Shown here: positions 16,140 through 24,498 of the stretch, piece after piece
How the letters are laid out: every line of letters begins with the position of its first letter
Numbering within the stretch: position 1 is the first letter of the stretch
Source: a virus
DNA: 40,247 nucleotides
Virus record (IMG/VR): IMGVR_UViG_3300045988_055798
Strand: one strand, 5' to 3'
The notes under the pieces: generated by a model
The model's input: the letters and a program-made list of their open reading frames with translations, nothing else
What the model was told of the DNA's origin: nothing
Database searches by the model: none
Translations under genes and position numbers: made by a program

Positions 16140-16568
16140 TTATCGTCCACCGTTTGGCACCTCCTTGGCTGCTTTCCATCGCTCTTTGCGGCTACACGTT
16201 CCGCCAGCCGCATCACAAATGCTCTTGGACGAGCAGCGTTCACATGGCCCCGCGCTAAAAAACTGTTTCATGTACTCTTTGGTGGTTGATATGGAGTATC
16301 CGGTTGCCTGTGCTATCTCCTCCGGCCCATTCCCGTCCAACGACATACGTTCCAGCAAATCACGGGATGGTCTGGGCTTTTTTACTTTGGTACGTAGGAG
16401 GCAGCCAGCTCTTTCCGTGTAGCAGTCTGGCAGAGGGCACCGCTCACAGATTTTGGCCTTCTCGGCATCCCATTCGTCAACTTTGCGCTCTGCAACCGGT
16501 TCCATCGCGTCCAGACTGCGCCAGGGTGCCACCGCTCCGCTGATGCCGTAGGGATCTGCGGTTATCAA
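16140..16568 (-). CDS. Cys-rich protein with a sigma-region-4/LuxR-like HTH (possible transcription regulator)
   Basis: CERCPLPDC...GPEEIAQATGYSISTTKEYM...CERCSSKSIC. Confidence 0.45.
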   Translation of the reverse strand: MITADPYGISGAVAPWRSLDAMEPVAERKVDEWDAEKAKICERCPLPDCYTERAGCLLRTKVKKPRPSRDLLERMSLDGNGPEEIAQATGYSISTTKEYMKQFFSAGPCERCSSKSICDAAGGTCSRKERWKAAKEVPNGGR

Positions 16569-16945
16569 AGCTCCATCACCTCCACCTGGATGCAGCCGGC
16601 GTCATGAAACCCGGTGGTGATGGACTTCACATAGCGCGGGTTATCGTCTACGATGACCCAGCCCTTCATGGCGTCCTCCACGGCTTTTATTATGACTGCG
16701 TGATTGGAACAGTCTAGCCCATCGTCAAACAGGAACGTCAGGCTGACGGGGCGCTGGAACACGGCTCGGCGGACGTGGGCCCGCCGCATGGCGGCCAGAG
16801 TCAGCGCGTGAAGTTCGTTGGCGTCCTTCTTCCGCTGCGCCCAGTGCTTGCCGGAGTAGTAGGCGTTCAGCCCAAACCGGCGGCAAAAGGCCGACTTGCC
16901 CTTCTTCGTGGGCGGGTATGGTATGTTAAACGTGATTTTCTCCAT
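16565..16945 (-). CDS. RusA-like Holliday-junction resolvase
   Basis: 126 aa. YYSGKHWAQRKK...LDCSNHAVIIKAVEDAMKGWVIVDDNPRYV. Confidence 0.55.
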   Translation of the reverse strand: MEKITFNIPYPPTKKGKSAFCRRFGLNAYYSGKHWAQRKKDANELHALTLAAMRRAHVRRAVFQRPVSLTFLFDDGLDCSNHAVIIKAVEDAMKGWVIVDDNPRYVKSITTGFHDAGCIQVEVMEL

Positions 16946-17099
16946 CGTTCCGCTCCAACACTAGGGCAAACAGCGCATAGGCCACCTCGAAATGCCCCTT
17001 CGCCAATTCTACTCCGCCTCCGTCCAACGCAAAAATACCGATTTTCATATGACGCATGGCCTCTTCCGCCGCTATGCCTATCGCCTTATCCATGTCCAT
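16926..17099 (-). CDS. 57-aa hypothetical protein (below the ORF-track cutoff)
   Basis: MDMDKAIGIAAEEAMRHMKIG... fills the helicase-RusA gap and overlaps both neighbours. Confidence 0.35.
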   Translation of the reverse strand: MDMDKAIGIAAEEAMRHMKIGIFALDGGGVELAKGHFEVAYALFALVLERNDGENHV

Positions 17100-18354
17100 C
17101 TCTGGCTGCCTCCCAACTATATCTCTTTGTCGGGTTTCCTCCCGCGTCGTAGTATCTCCGTGATTTGGTGTCGAACATCAACGGGATTACCTCGCGGCTG
17201 CCGGTCTCTCTGGCCTTGATAATCCTGATCCTGGAGTCAACTTCGTCAGATTCTTTTGCCCGCTCAACAGAAAAAACATTGTCAGCGAGGTTGGTAATCT
17301 CCGCCGCCCCCGCAACGTCGTCTGCTGTCAGTCCCCGCTCCTCTCCAGCCTTCCTGGGATGGGCCACCAGATGCACATGTACATCGTGGCGTTTTGCGAA
17401 GGCGCTGAGTCTCTGCGTAAAAGCTTTCTGGGCCCCATAATGACCAAGCTCCACTTCTCCCTTCAGACTTGCGGTCATGATGTTGTCCACCAAGTACACC
17501 GAACACCCGTATCGGCGGTAGGCATACTCAAACAGGCGCAGTATGTTGTCCTCGTCATGGGCATTTGACTGTCGCAAATCGGTCAGGAGAAAGCTCCCTT
17601 CCAGCCATTGGTCAATCGCCCGAACAGCTTCTTTTGACGGCGCGTACTCCATCCGCCCCGTTCTGGGGTCTGGCTGCTCTACAAGATTCCTCGGCCCTGC
17701 GATCTGCGGCAGCACAAACCGTTTGAACTGCCTCGCCGGGAGCTCCCCGGAATAGGCACATACAGTTCGGTTCTGGTTGATTGATTCCACGAGCATCTGC
17801 CCGAGAAGCGTCGATTTCCCTTCGCCGCGCCTGCCTGTCCATACTGACAATTCGCCTCCCCGGAATCCGCCGGTGCAGTAGTCCAGCGGCACCAGCCCGG
17901 ACATCATGCGGTTTTGCGAAATGGGCGCGTCCATCTCCACTTGCGACAGGTCAATCAGCCCCGGCCTCGGCACATCCAAAGCGCCAAACAAAAGGCTTTC
18001 TACCGCCTTTGGGCCAGCATTGTCCAGCAGTTCGACCACTGATTCATTCCCGCGAAACGCCGCCTTATCCGCCACAAGGATAGTGACCGGCACCCACTTC
18101 TGGAGCTGGCCTACAATCTCTTCCCGGTCTGCATCGTTTGGTGTTGCGACGAACACATAGCAGAACTGGGTGATAAACTCCGTGCAGGCAGCTAAGTCCT
18201 CCCAAGCCGCGTATCTGTTCTTGCACACGGCGTTAATACCAACCGCCGCCGCGTCCTCCGGCGTAGCGCACCACCAAAGTCCTGTCGGCAGGGATGGGTC
18301 AATCATTTCTGCCCGGAATGTCAGCAGCAGTGAAATATCGCTCTGGCTGGTCAT
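17086..18354 (-). CDS. DnaB-family replicative helicase
   Basis: Walker A GRRGEGKST, SVYLVDNIM, HVHLVAHPRK. About 150 aa of unassigned N-terminal domain. Strong RBS GGAAGGGGGGG. Confidence 0.8.
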   Translation of the reverse strand: MTSQSDISLLLTFRAEMIDPSLPTGLWWCATPEDAAAVGINAVCKNRYAAWEDLAACTEFITQFCYVFVATPNDADREEIVGQLQKWVPVTILVADKAAFRGNESVVELLDNAGPKAVESLLFGALDVPRPGLIDLSQVEMDAPISQNRMMSGLVPLDYCTGGFRGGELSVWTGRRGEGKSTLLGQMLVESINQNRTVCAYSGELPARQFKRFVLPQIAGPRNLVEQPDPRTGRMEYAPSKEAVRAIDQWLEGSFLLTDLRQSNAHDEDNILRLFEYAYRRYGCSVYLVDNIMTASLKGEVELGHYGAQKAFTQRLSAFAKRHDVHVHLVAHPRKAGEERGLTADDVAGAAEITNLADNVFSVERAKESDEVDSRIRIIKARETGSREVIPLMFDTKSRRYYDAGGNPTKRYSWEAARDGHG

Positions 18355-18958
18355 GGTTCCCCCCCTTCCTGCGCTTCTCCCACGTCCGCACAGCAGCTTT
18401 CCAGTCTTTCATTTTGGCCTTCCCCAGCATCCACCCTCTGGCCGCGTAGTAGTCCACAAACTCCTGCGGGTCTATGCCGTTTTTGCGTGCAAGGCAGTAT
18501 TCTCTCACCTCGTCCACCGTGGGAGGAACAAACACTTTTCTTTTTGACTCCGTAGGAGTCTTTTCTTTTGTCTTAGTCTTAGTCTTATATATGGGTAAAG
18601 TTTCTTGTAAAGGATTCTGTAAAGGAAACTGTAAAGGTTTATGTAACGTTTCCTGTAAAGAATCAATACCAGAATTTGATTGTTCCGATAGGGAATAGCG
18701 GCTCGGGGCCCCTTTTTTCCCTTGCTGGTATCGGATAAATCCAGCCTTTACAAGCTCGTCCCTCGCTCTGTAAGCGGATGGCTTTGACAATCCATTTGTC
18801 ATTACCTGCAACCGAATGGTGTCTACTGGAACCCACTCAGGCCACCCAGCCCGGTTAAATACGTTCAGCAGCCTGAAGTACAAGACCTGCGCCGGAAGCG
18901 TCAAGTGGTTGTTTTCGATCCAACGGTTGAACTCATTAAGGTAATCAATGTAAGTCAA
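18299..18958 (-). CDS. Replication initiator/organiser (winged-helix N-terminus, DnaD-like C-terminus)
   Basis: 219 aa. C-terminal VDEVREYC...IDPQEFVDYYAARGW..GK..MKDWKAAVRTWE. A central LQxx repeat coincides with the iterons. Confidence 0.6.
   Translation of the reverse strand: MTYIDYLNEFNRWIENNHLTLPAQVLYFRLLNVFNRAGWPEWVPVDTIRLQVMTNGLSKPSAYRARDELVKAGFIRYQQGKKGAPSRYSLSEQSNSGIDSLQETLHKPLQFPLQNPLQETLPIYKTKTKTKEKTPTESKRKVFVPPTVDEVREYCLARKNGIDPQEFVDYYAARGWMLGKAKMKDWKAAVRTWEKRRKGGNHDQPERYFTAADIPGRND
18606..18660. repeat. Five iterons TGTAA(A/C)G(G) at exact 12-bp spacing (candidate origin)
   Basis: Copies start at 18606, 18618, 18630, 18642 and 18654. Flanked by the AT-rich gtcttagtcttagtcttatatat at 18570-18592. 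Confidence 0.55.
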
Positions 18959-18970
18959 CCCATCACCGCC

Positions 18971-19384
18971 CTAGAACGGGAGCTCTCCGTCGTCGTCCAC
19001 CTCCGAGAACTCCTGCCCATTCTGTTCTGGAAATTCAGACTCTGGTGCGTTCCCCTCCGACTTCCGGCTGTCGCCAAAGTACACACTATCAGCCACAACC
19101 TCCAGGCTCGACCGCTTGTTCCCGTCCTTGTCTGTCCAGATGTTGGTTTGCAATCTGCCGTCTACCACAGCCATGCGGCCCTTGGAGAAATATTTGCTTA
19201 CAAACTCCGCCGTGGAGCGCCATGCGGTCACATTAACCCAATCGGTGGTTTTTTCGCCAGTGGCCTTGTCTTTAAAATCCCGGTCAACCGCGATGGAGAA
19301 ACTGACCACCGAGACACCGGACTGCGTGTGACGCAGTTCGATGTCCTTTCCAATGCGGCCCTGGATCACAACCCTATTTAGCAT
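18971..19384 (-). CDS. ssb: Single-stranded DNA-binding protein
   Basis: OB-fold N-terminus MLNRVVIQGRIGKDIELR and acidic tail DDDGELPF. Confidence 0.92.
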   Translation of the reverse strand: MLNRVVIQGRIGKDIELRHTQSGVSVVSFSIAVDRDFKDKATGEKTTDWVNVTAWRSTAEFVSKYFSKGRMAVVDGRLQTNIWTDKDGNKRSSLEVVADSVYFGDSRKSEGNAPESEFPEQNGQEFSEVDDDGELPF

Positions 19385-19689
19385 TTTGGCCCTTCTTTCT
19401 TGTATATCAATTTTGATTCATCCCATCCTGGGTATAAAGTGCGGAGGTAGTCCTGCATCTGCTTATGAAGCGGACCATCCGCCCCCTCGTTGTCAAATGC
19501 CGCATGGCACCGCTGGCAGCCTGTCCAAATGTTCTCTGGAATCCCAAGACCGCCCTGACTCCGCCGTATGTAATGACAGTGTGGCCCCGCATTGATGGAG
19601 CCGCAGAGTACGCACCGCCCAAAATCCCTCTCCCATACGGCCTTTTTGGTTGCCGCGGATATGGCGGTGGCCTTAGTCTCTCGATGCAC
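19378..19689 (-). CDS. HNH endonuclease
   Basis: RCVLCGS...HCHYIRR...NIWTGCQRCH. Start inferred at GTG 19689 because the upstream gene ends at 19673. Confidence 0.65.
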   Translation of the reverse strand: MHRETKATAISAATKKAVWERDFGRCVLCGSINAGPHCHYIRRSQGGLGIPENIWTGCQRCHAAFDNEGADGPLHKQMQDYLRTLYPGWDESKLIYKKEGPKC

Positions 19690-20014
19690 GCCCCCACTCC
19701 CTTTCCAACTGCGCGTCCAGGATGCGAATTTGCAGTTTGTAGCCCTGTATGGCCTCCCGTGCGGATTCGTACACTGTCTGCGCAATATCTCTTTCCAAGC
19801 GTAGTCGGGCGATCTCCGCGTCACCACGGCAAATATCAGAGATAATAGTTACAGGCGTGCCCTCCGCCCTGGCCTCCAGAACAGCTTTTCGGAGGGCTAC
19901 CCTGTAATCGCGTTCCGCCTGCGCATATGCTCTGCCGCGGGCTCCGAGCTGCCCGATTGCCTTATCCAGGAGTGCGGACTTTGCGCCGATCTCGTTTATC
20001 AGCTCATAGCCCAT
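19673..20014 (-). CDS. Helical hypothetical protein (113 aa)
   Basis: Track ORF inside the recombination module. No family recognised. Confidence 0.55.
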   Translation of the reverse strand: MGYELINEIGAKSALLDKAIGQLGARGRAYAQAERDYRVALRKAVLEARAEGTPVTIISDICRGDAEIARLRLERDIAQTVYESAREAIQGYKLQIRILDAQLEREWGRASRD

Positions 20015-20520
20015 ACAAACGCCCGCTTTCCTGTCCGGTTGTTCAGGATAGATAAACCGGAAATCCTACGGTTGTCACCATAAGCAATTTTCTCAACCGA
20101 GAAGGTGTCGAAGGTACGAAACTTCCCATTGGATTCCAGGATGTTCATTTTCTCAGAGGGTACCCAAATAAACGGGGCGGTATAAAGCTCTCTGCCAATG
20201 CCCCATCGGAAACCAGCACGTTTGAATGCGTCGCTTGCCTCCCCCTTTTTCTCGTTGCCCTCGCCGTCCTCCCTGGACTCTATTCCACAATCCCACTTCC
20301 ACGTCCAGGCGTCTCCCTCACGGATGGCAATCCCACAATACAGGTTCCCTTTGATTTCCCGGTAATCGTTCGTCCAGTTTTCAGAGCCAACCGTCTCATC
20401 CAGGATATCCATATCCGTCCTGGCCGTCTTATAAAGGAGGAGAACCGCCCCATTCTTTTTGACCTGCTTGACCTTCACCTCAATGTCGGAAGCCTCCAGC
20501 AGACGGAACTTGTCCATCAC
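19999..20520 (-). CDS. Rad52/Sak-like single-strand annealing protein
   Basis: KKGEASDAFKRAGFRWGIGRELY motif. Confidence 0.75.
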   Translation of the reverse strand: MMDKFRLLEASDIEVKVKQVKKNGAVLLLYKTARTDMDILDETVGSENWTNDYREIKGNLYCGIAIREGDAWTWKWDCGIESREDGEGNEKKGEASDAFKRAGFRWGIGRELYTAPFIWVPSEKMNILESNGKFRTFDTFSVEKIAYGDNRRISGLSILNNRTGKRAFVWAMS

Positions 20521-21005
20521 TTCACCCCCACACTTCTGCCCTGTTCAATGTGGGCGTAGGGGACTGGAACACCGTCTTTAATGAGCTTGCCAACTCCAGT
20601 TTTGCTGACCTCCGGTTCCTTGTACTTGACGCACTCCGCGTCATAGCCGTTCTGCTCCAGCCAGCGGATTAAAGCTTCTGGATTAGACACTTGAACGGAC
20701 GAGGTTTTGCGGAAAATGACGGAGCACCTGGCCGTCTGGAACTTCTCGCCGTCTAATGCAAGGGACAGATAGGATTTCAGTCGTTCCGCCTTGTTCTCCA
20801 GGGCCTTTCTGCGCTCATTGAGTGTGTCCGCCTCCTCCTTGATTGCCTTGGCGTCGGCCATCAAATCCTTGTACCAAAGGGCCATATTCTCAATCTTAGC
20901 GTCCCGATCCATCTGGAGCGCAGCAAACGCCTCATAGTCCATTAGTTCCCCTGTCTCCGGGTCTACCAGACCTTGAATCGCCTGGTCAATTTCATACAGT
21001 GTCAT
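20517..21005 (-). CDS. Siphovirus Gp157-family protein
   Basis: MTLYEIDQAI...KEEADTLNERRKALENKAERLKSYL... matches the Gp157 pattern. Confidence 0.8.
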   Translation of the reverse strand: MTLYEIDQAIQGLVDPETGELMDYEAFAALQMDRDAKIENMALWYKDLMADAKAIKEEADTLNERRKALENKAERLKSYLSLALDGEKFQTARCSVIFRKTSSVQVSNPEALIRWLEQNGYDAECVKYKEPEVSKTGVGKLIKDGVPVPYAHIEQGRSVGVK

Positions 21006-21135
21006 TTTGTTCCTCCTTACATTTCTGGCACATTTCTTCGTTTTGGTAAAGTTCTGCTCCGCAATTTGGGCAATTCCCTGCGGTTGGATCCTGTTGCATA
21101 TCCCGGTATGGTGAAAATGGAAGCCACCACTCCAT
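20992..21135 (-). CDS. 47-aa zinc-ribbon protein
   Basis: Start at ATG 21135 (MEWW...). CPNCG...CQKC. The longer track version overlaps the upstream gene. Confidence 0.4.
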   Translation of the reverse strand: MEWWLPFSPYRDMQQDPTAGNCPNCGAELYQNEEMCQKCKEEQNDTV

Positions 21136-21136
21136 A

Positions 21137-21319
21137 TCAGGCAATCGCCGGAAGCACCGCCCGCGGGCAGCCATCCTCACCCATATAAAGGAATCCGGTT
21201 CGGCCATCCGAGAGGCGGATATGTATTGTCCCGTCCAGGGCGTTAATCTCGTCGATTGGGTAGCCGATATTCTCCATCGCCCAGCGCAGCAGGGCAGAAA
21301 TATTTGTGGTATTCAGCAT
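21137..21319 (-). CDS. Hypothetical protein (60 aa)
   Basis: GGAAGGAGGAAAAG RBS. Confidence 0.5.
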   Translation of the reverse strand: MLNTTNISALLRWAMENIGYPIDEINALDGTIHIRLSDGRTGFLYMGEDGCPRAVLPAIA

Positions 21320-21407
21320 TGACTTTTCCTCCTTCCAGCCCTAAAATAAGGGCAGATGTTCTTTCTCTTGCCGCCCTCTGGTCTCGCACACCGGGGAGCG
21401 GCGCTTT

Positions 21408-21758
21408 TTAATATAGCTCGATTGCAAAGCCATCTTTGATGAGCTTTGGGCGCTTGCCATTTACCTGCTCCGGCCTTATCCCGAGTTTGCTGACGACGCC
21501 GGCCATCGGGATCGAAAACCCGCCGGAATATCTCGACACAGCAAAGCCTTTTTTGCTGTCGGTGAAATGGAATAGCAGATACTTTCCGGCCTTGCCGATC
21601 AGGACTCGAGGCAATATGTTGGGGATACACTTTGCGGCGGCGGAACTCACATATAGGGCGGTGTTCGGGCTTGCCAGCTTCACGTATTGCTCTGTGACCG
21701 TCTTCTGGATTATCTCTTCGTCAGTGCCAATTTCGATAAAATCTAGGGTTTCATTCAT
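21408..21758 (-). CDS. Hypothetical protein (116 aa)
   Basis: Start at ATG 21758 (MNETLDFIEIG...). The Pro/Arg-rich N-terminal extension of the track ORF is rejected. Confidence 0.55.
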   Translation of the reverse strand: MNETLDFIEIGTDEEIIQKTVTEQYVKLASPNTALYVSSAAAKCIPNILPRVLIGKAGKYLLFHFTDSKKGFAVSRYSGGFSIPMAGVVSKLGIRPEQVNGKRPKLIKDGFAIELY

Positions 21759-21996
21759 TTTCGTTCCCTCCAGGTATTTCGATGACCGCCCACACATCGT
21801 CGATGCTCTCCGCGCCCTCCAGGCCGGTGATCTGGATGGTGAGCGGGCCGGTGGGCGTGGGGGCCGGGGTGGTGGTTGCTGTCGGGGGCTCAATGGCTGG
21901 CTGCTCCGGCTCCTGGTTCCAGATGATTTCAACTAGTACAACCAGCGCCAGCAAGAGAAACAGAGCCACAACGCTCGTAATCAGATAGCGGTTCAT
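21751..21996 (-). CDS. Membrane-anchored protein with Pro/Thr-rich linker (81 aa)
   Basis: MNRYLITSVVALFLLLALVVLV then PPTATTTPAPTPT. ATGA-coupled to the upstream mini-ORF. Confidence 0.5.
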   Translation of the reverse strand: MNRYLITSVVALFLLLALVVLVEIIWNQEPEQPAIEPPTATTTPAPTPTGPLTIQITGLEGAESIDDVWAVIEIPGGNENE

Positions 21997-22115
21997 AGTA
22001 GCCACTCCACCCAGTTAGGCAGCCCGCAGGCTACCACGATGCAGGCGGTAAACACTACCGAGCTCACAGCTTCCCGGCGTGTCCGGCGGCGCTCGTTTCG
22101 GGTACGGTTTTTCAT
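21993..22115 (-). CDS. 40-aa basic/hydrophobic peptide (below the ORF-track cutoff)
   Basis: MKNRTRNERRRTRREAVSSVVFTACIVVACGLPNWVEWLL. ATGA overlaps at both ends. Confidence 0.35.
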   Translation of the reverse strand: MKNRTRNERRRTRREAVSSVVFTACIVVACGLPNWVEWLL

Positions 22116-22315
22116 ATAGATACCGCCTCCCTGACTGTCTTCCGTTCAAATTCCTCTAGGTCTGAGGGACGATATACATAAGGCCCATACCGATTTCCGC
22201 CTAAGTTTAGAGCGGTCAAACGCCCCTCCCTCACCCACCGCTGAACTGTTGTGATCTTTACTCCGTAGCGATTTGCGACCTCTTCGGTCGTAAATCGCGG
22301 TTCCAAATTCTCCAT
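22112..22315 (-). CDS. HTH_17 / excisionase-family (MerR-like) DNA-binding protein; first gene of the leftward early operon
   Basis: FTTEEVANRYGVKITTVQRWVREGRL. Confidence 0.7.
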   Translation of the reverse strand: MENLEPRFTTEEVANRYGVKITTVQRWVREGRLTALNLGGNRYGPYVYRPSDLEEFERKTVREAVSI

Positions 22316-22370
22316 AACGTCCTCCTTTCTGCCTCAGTCGATGGTACACCACTGGCCGGGGCGCTTTTTG

Positions 22371-22399
22371 TTGTCCTCCCTTCCTTGCAGTGGTATACT
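22371..22399 (+). promoter_or_regulatory. Sigma-70-type promoter for the rightward 67-aa gene
   Basis: TTGTCC, 17 nt, TATACT, with TGg immediately upstream of the -10. Confidence 0.4.
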
Positions 22400-22422
22400 G
22401 GGCGCGGAAGGGGGGTGAAATT

Positions 22423-22626
22423 ATGTCTCGCAAAGGTTTTCGCTATGAGTACAAGTTAACCTCGCACGATATTCTTGAATATGAAGCCGTAAACTTTGCC
22501 TACACGCAGGCCGGATGGAAAGACCTCGGTGCACCTCCTGGAGAAGGTTTCCCGGAGTCTATCATCTTTGAATGGGAAAAGGATGGGACTCCGTTGTACC
22601 CCGCAGTCAACTGGCCCCCGCTTTAA
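22423..22626 (+). CDS. Hypothetical protein (67 aa)
   Basis: ATG 22423 preceded by GGAAGGGGGGTGAAATT. MSRKGFRYEYKL... Confidence 0.5.
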   Translation: MSRKGFRYEYKLTSHDILEYEAVNFAYTQAGWKDLGAPPGEGFPESIIFEWEKDGTPLYPAVNWPPL

Positions 22627-22762
22627 CCCCTGCGATGTAGATATTGTGGTCGCTATCCTCGATGATTGCCGTCATCGCTGGATTGGCGGCCACAATGTCT
22701 TTGAAGTCGTTTTCATCAGAAAATATTACAATCTGATTGAACCCCGCCGGGGAAAAACCCAT
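22607..22762 (-). CDS. Hypothetical 51-aa protein
   Basis: Internal ATG of the 65-aa track ORF. Converges on and overlaps 22423..22626 by 20 nt. RBS is weak. Confidence 0.3.
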   Translation of the reverse strand: MGFSPAGFNQIVIFSDENDFKDIVAANPAMTAIIEDSDHNIYIAGVKAGAS

Positions 22763-22828
22763 AGATGTTCCCACCGTCCTCACCCCCTTCACCTCCCGCC
22801 CCATCAGGTGCGGGCTTTATTGTCCGGT

Positions 22829-23044
22829 TTATTGGACTTGCTCTGTGGTATCTTGAATCTGTCCAGAAACAAGTCTCCCAAGAGCGGCGTTCAGCTTTTC
22901 CTCCGCGCCCTTTGGCTCCTTGTGTCCGTTAAGTACAACACTGAGATACTTTGGGTTCCAGCCGACCTCAGCGGCAAGCTGCTTGGCCGTGACTCCGGCC
23001 AGGTGCATCCTGCCCAGCAGGTCAGCAGTCCACTTTGCAGGCAT
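22829..23044 (-). CDS. Cro/YdaS-like HTH protein (71 aa)
   Basis: ATG 23044 with GAAGGTGA RBS. GVTAKQLAAEVGWNPKYLSVVLNG. Confidence 0.55.
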   Translation of the reverse strand: MPAKWTADLLGRMHLAGVTAKQLAAEVGWNPKYLSVVLNGHKEPKGAEEKLNAALGRLVSGQIQDTTEQVQ

Positions 23045-23048
23045 ACCA

Positions 23049-23077
23049 TTGTCACCTTCTTTCTGTTTTGGTAGAAT
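23049..23077 (+). promoter_or_regulatory. Sigma-70-type promoter for 23100..23531
   Basis: TTGTCA, 17 nt, TAGAAT with a TGg extension. AAGGAGG RBS follows. Confidence 0.5.
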
Positions 23078-23099
23078 AGCCTCGTAAGGAGGCGTAAAA

Positions 23100-23531
23100 A
23101 TGGAAAACGAATTAGTTAGCATTTTGTCTGTTCAAGTATCTATCATTGCTTCGGTGGTATCCATTATCGCAGTTACAATTTGCTCGGTTATTTCAGCTGT
23201 AATAACTCAGCGAGGGGCTAAGAGCACAAAACAAACCGAGCTGATTTTCCATGAAATGATTACCGCCTATTATGATTTGCTGCGTGCTGGAGGTGAGTTT
23301 TCCGATGTAACCAGTCAAGAGCAAGTCACAAGATTTACAGATGCCTATACACGCGCATTGCTCTTTGCAACCCCAAAGACCAAAGAGTTAATACAGGAAT
23401 ACAGAGACAGCATCACAAAAATATCGGTGTTGAAACTAAATCCGCCTGAGGATTTTATGGAACAGGTTCGCCAACACGAAGATCTGTCTACTGATTTAGT
23501 CAACGCTATGCAAAAGGATTTACGAAAGTAA
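23100..23531 (+). CDS. Membrane-anchored helical protein (143 aa), candidate superinfection-exclusion/abortive-infection factor
   Basis: N-terminal TM stretch ILSVQVSIIASVVSIIAVTICSVISAVI. AT-rich. Has its own promoter. Confidence 0.6.
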   Translation: MENELVSILSVQVSIIASVVSIIAVTICSVISAVITQRGAKSTKQTELIFHEMITAYYDLLRAGGEFSDVTSQEQVTRFTDAYTRALLFATPKTKELIQEYRDSITKISVLKLNPPEDFMEQVRQHEDLSTDLVNAMQKDLRK

Positions 23532-23708
23532 ATCGTGGAACATAACAACCAGCAACACAACAGCTAGGACCAAGGCCGGGGCGGCAATCAACCAGGGCCT
23601 ATTGCTTTCCGGGTTCTCTCTTATTAGGTGACAAGCGGCCAGGGCAGAAAACATAAATGCCAATGCCATGATTAGATAAACCAGCAAGCGAACCGTAAGC
23701 AACGACAC
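23520..23708 (-). CDS. 62-aa two-TM hydrophobic protein
   Basis: LLVYLIMALAFMFSALAA and WLIAAPALVLAVVLLVVMF. GTG/TTG start after AAGGGGGG. Overlaps the 23100..23531 end by 12 nt. Confidence 0.4.
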   Translation of the reverse strand: MSLLTVRLLVYLIMALAFMFSALAACHLIRENPESNRPWLIAAPALVLAVVLLVVMFHDLLS

Positions 23709-23769
23709 TCACCCCCCTTCATTTCCACCAATTCCACCCACCTCCTTCCTTATTCACCGTTTTTCTGTG

Positions 23770-23798
23770 TTGCGATTGTCCCGCCGATGGGTTATACT
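23770..23798 (+). promoter_or_regulatory. Sigma-70-type promoter for 23820..24074
   Basis: TTGCGA, 17 nt, TATACT. Confidence 0.45.
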
Positions 23799-23819
23799 TT
23801 CCCCAAAGGGGGTATTTGC

Positions 23820-24074
23820 ATGGTAACGACATCCATACTTAAATCTAACAACGGGGAATGTCCCTTGTGGGCTGTTGATGTATCAGTTTGCGGGTGGTAT
23901 AGAGAGACAGAAGGCGGCATATGGCAATTCCTCCGAGCCGAGTGCCCTATTATTGAAAACGCAAAACTGCCTCTACATAAGCAAGACCCAAGATACAAAC
24001 TGATGTTTTGTAAGGACAAATTTTCTTGTCCACTTTACTCGCAGTTCCAGCCAAAGATCACGAAGGGCATATAG
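23820..24074 (+). CDS. Cys-rich hypothetical protein (84 aa)
   Basis: ATG 23820 after AAAGGGGGT. ECPLW...VCGW...ECPII...FCKDKFSCPLY. Confidence 0.5.
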   Translation: MVTTSILKSNNGECPLWAVDVSVCGWYRETEGGIWQFLRAECPIIENAKLPLHKQDPRYKLMFCKDKFSCPLYSQFQPKITKGI

Positions 24075-24235
24075 CGGAACACCTTTTCGCAGGTCTCCGG
24101 TTCCCTTGTCAGTTTATGCTTTGCAATCACAAACGCCAGATCTTCCCCCAAGGCCTTAAATTCGTTCGGGCCAAGAATCTTGTCCAGTTCGTCCCCAAGC
24201 GCCGTCTGTTCGGCGCTCTTTTTCTTTTCGTCCAT
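24035..24235 (-). CDS. Hypothetical 66-aa protein downstream of the XRE gene
   Basis: ATG 24235 after AAGGGGTG. Overlaps the 23820..24074 end by 40 nt. Confidence 0.4.
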   Translation of the reverse strand: MDEKKKSAEQTALGDELDKILGPNEFKALGEDLAFVIAKHKLTREPETCEKVFRYMPFVIFGWNCE

Positions 24236-24263
24236 CGGGTTCACCCCTTTCTATCAGTCCTGT

Positions 24264-24470
24264 TTATTGGGCTTTATCTTTGGTATCATGCTCGCTAAGA
24301 AGATCATCAACAGTGACACCATATAATCGAGCAATCTCAAGAAGTCTTTTGGCGTTTGGCCTAGTTACTCCGGTTTCCCATTGGTATACTGCGGCATCTG
24401 ATACACCTATATTTTTCATTACTTGACTTACAGAAAGCCCAGCCGAGATACGTGCATCACGGAATCCCAT
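24264..24470 (-). CDS. XRE-family HTH regulator (68 aa, Cro/CI-like)
   Basis: ISAGLSVSQVMKNIGVSDAAVYQWETG. GGAGGTG RBS. Confidence 0.8.
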   Translation of the reverse strand: MGFRDARISAGLSVSQVMKNIGVSDAAVYQWETGVTRPNAKRLLEIARLYGVTVDDLLSEHDTKDKAQ

Positions 24471-24498
24471 TTTTTCACCTCCGAATACTAAGTTTTAC

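Noticed and set aside
18606-18660. Short periodic repeats considered as a CRISPR array
   Set aside because: The period is only 12 bp with no spacers, and the repeats lie inside a CDS. They are interpreted as replication iterons. No CRISPR array is present in the window.
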